DNA of 36,638 nt, taken from the NCBI GenBank assembly GCA_903891335.1, contig CAITDX010000019.1, forward strand, positions 1 to 36,638, given 5' to 3'. The DNA comes from an uncultured bacterium (lineage in GTDB: Bacteria > Patescibacteriota > Microgenomatia > UBA1400 > PJMF01). Made by a program: the position numbers and the translations under genes. This document shows positions 34,822-36,638 of the stretch, piece by piece; within the stretch, counting starts at the first letter, position 1, and every line of letters starts with the position of its first letter. The notes under the pieces are model-generated. The model made no database searches. It worked only from the letters and a program-made list of their open reading frames with translations, and was not told the origin of the DNA.

Positions 34822-36638
34822 TTAGGCAGCCTTGGCTTTTGGCATTTCCATCAATTTGGTAAACTCATCACCATCGAGAGTTTCTTTGTCGAGGAGTTCC
34901 TCCGTAACACGCTCAAGCTGTTTGCGATATTTTTTCAAGAGAGTCATGGCTTGCTCTTCAGCTTGCTTGATGTATTCAATCATTTCCTCATCGACTTTTT
35001 CTTGAATCTTCAGTGAAGGACGATCTGGTTCACCCCAAGCACGACTATAATCTTCGGTTTCATACTGAGGTGCAAAGTGCACTGGGCCTAACTTACTCAT
35101 ACCAAAGCGCATAACCATACTCCGCGCAATGCGAGTAGCTCGATCGATATCATTGCTCGCACCCGCAGTTTGCTCATTGAAGATTAACATTTCCGCTGCC
35201 CGACCACCCAACATCACTGTCATGTCATCTAATAATTCTGACTTGAGGATCTGGAGTTTATCTTTTTCTGGAGGAGTGAAGGTGTAGCCTAAAGCCTGGC
35301 CTCGAGAAACGATTGAAATTCGATGCACTGGATCAGCATAGGGCAAAACATGAGCCAAAACTGCATGACCGGCTTCATGATACGCAGTCATTTTCTTCTC
35401 TAACTCATCTTGGAGACGTTTTTTACTTGGACCATACTTAACCTTCATTGAAGCCTCTTCGATGTCTTCCATAGTGATCGCCTCGCGGTTTTCACGGGCG
35501 GTAGCAATGGCAGCTTCATTGAGCATATTTTCCAGATCAGCTCCAGAAAAACCAACAGTGCGCTTGGCTACTTTTTCCCAATTAAGCTCAGGCACAAAGG
35601 CTTTATTCTTGGCATGGATACTCAAGATATATTTACGCTCTTCTAAATCGGGAAGATTGACTTGAACGCGACGATCAAAACGACCGGGACGAACTAAAGC
35701 TGGGTCAAGCATGTCGCCACGATTGGTGGCTGCCATCACGATCACATTGTCGTTTTGAGCAAAGCCATCCATTTCCACCAAAATCTGATTGAGGGTTTGT
35801 TCACGTTCATCATGAGAAGACATGCTATTGCGACTGCGAGTTCGACCAATAGCATCGATCTCGTCGATGAAAATAATTGATGGAGCAATCCTTTTTGCGG
35901 TATCAAATAGATCTCTCACCCGAGAAGCACCCACACCCACCAACATCTCCATAAATTCACTACCTGCAATCGAGAGGAATTGGACGTTGGCTTCACCAGC
36001 CACTGCTCGAGCGAGCAAAGTTTTACCTGTCCCTGCTGGACCAACCAATAGCACACCCTTGGGAGTACGAGCACCAACCTTAGTGTATTTCTTGGGATTT
36101 TTGAGAAAATCTACAATCTCTTCAAGTTCTTTCTTGGCTTCATCCATACCACCCACGTCTTTAAAGGAAATGGTTTGCTTGCCTTTGACGAAAACTTTAG
36201 CCTTACTCTTACCCATGCCAAACATCATGTCCCCACCCCCACGAGCTTGACGGAACATGATCATCAAGAAGACAAACATCAAGATAATTGGCAAGAAGTT
36301 AATGATCAATTCCCACAACAGCTGGAAAAAGGTTGCATCGTGCACTTCCGTATCAACTTTGCTCAAATCAATGCCAGCTGCGTTGAGGATTTGCAGAGCC
36401 TGCTGACCTTCTTCTTTTTTGGCGATTTTCTTGGCTTCATCTTTGTAGGTGAGGCGCAGTTCTTGACCATAGACTTCCATCTTAGCAACCTTGTCTTCAC
36501 GAATGTCAGTCACCATTTGACTAATGGTGATTTGCTCAGTCCGACCACTTAAACCAAAAGCTCCAAGGAGTGATGGTACAAAGAGAAAAAGAATCAGCAA
36601 ATAGATCAAGGTTTTATTAAAAAATTTATTTAAATTAA
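34822..36638 (-). CDS. ftsH: ATP-dependent zinc metalloprotease FtsH (5' end runs off the window)
   Basis: [26 protein letters not shown] and the zinc site HEAGHAV. The reading frame stays open from 36609 to the window edge (..[14 protein letters not shown]..), so the true start lies beyond 36638. Confidence 0.95.
   Translation of the reverse strand, partial: NLNKFFNKTLIYLLILFLFVPSLLGAFGLSGRTEQITISQMVTDIREDKVAKMEVYGQELRLTYKDEAKKIAKKEEGQQALQILNAAGIDLSKVDTEVHDATFFQLLWELIINFLPIILMFVFLMIMFRQARGGGDMMFGMGKSKAKVFVKGKQTISFKDVGGMDEAKKELEEIVDFLKNPKKYTKVGARTPKGVLLVGPAGTGKTLLARAVAGEANVQFLSIAGSEFMEMLVGVGASRVRDLFDTAKRIAPSIIFIDEIDAIGRTRSRNSMSSHDEREQTLNQILVEMDGFAQNDNVIVMAATNRGDMLDPALVRPGRFDRRVQVNLPDLEERKYILSIHAKNKAFVPELNWEKVAKRTVGFSGADLENMLNEAAIATARENREAITMEDIEEASMKVKYGPSKKRLQDELEKKMTAYHEAGHAVLAHVLPYADPVHRISIVSRGQALGYTFTPPEKDKLQILKSELLDDMTVMLGGRAAEMLIFNEQTAGASNDIDRATRIARSMVMRFGMSKLGPVHFAPQYETEDYSRAWGEPDRPSLKIQEKVDEEMIEYIKQAEEQAMTLLKKYRKQLERVTEELLDKETLDGDEFTKLMEMPKAKAA

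Overview
Gene-dense 36.6-kb chromosomal window with 40 supported protein genes, 39 on the minus strand. I saw no rRNA, tRNA, CRISPR array, transposase or integrase. Reading 5'->3' along the minus strand, the content is: ftsH (runs off the right edge), a KcsA-type K+ channel, a standalone 5'-3' exonuclease and a GT4 glycosyltransferase, which converges on the only plus-strand gene, a GH39-like hydrolase. Next come the F1Fo ATP synthase operon (a-c-b-delta-alpha-gamma-beta-epsilon), hrcA-grpE-dnaK-dnaJ with CIRCE-like operators, a ParD/RelE-ParE-type toxin-antitoxin pair, and nusA-infB. An orphan 876-aa + 133-aa pair with its own promoter follows, then rpsO, pnp, an AT-rich orphan gene and a LacD-like protein. 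The rest is sodA, a nucleotide house-cleaning block (DEDD exonuclease, two Nudix, YjjX), two small or membrane proteins, and an rpiB / rpe-like / LOG / pfkB / LPXTG-protein / Lon-ATPase-only operon. Many housekeeping proteins are minimal versions: IF2 of 494 aa, HrcA of 238 aa, ATPase delta of 71 aa, DnaJ without a zinc finger, and Lon without a protease domain. TGA is used as a stop codon, so the standard code applies. Together with a sortase-type sorting signal, this suggests a reduced-genome monoderm bacterium, possibly Patescibacteria/CPR such as a Saccharimonadia-like organism; that assignment is inference only. The best candidate for something undescribed is the cysteine-free 876-aa helical protein plus its small acidic partner, which sit where rbfA-truB normally lie between infB and rpsO. 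Other notable points are an RGG-repeat tail on PNPase, a LacD-like protein apparently lacking the catalytic lysine, a LOG-centred ribose-salvage operon, divergent CIRCE sites, and a recurring -10-to-ATG spacing of 9 nt that suggests leaderless mRNAs.
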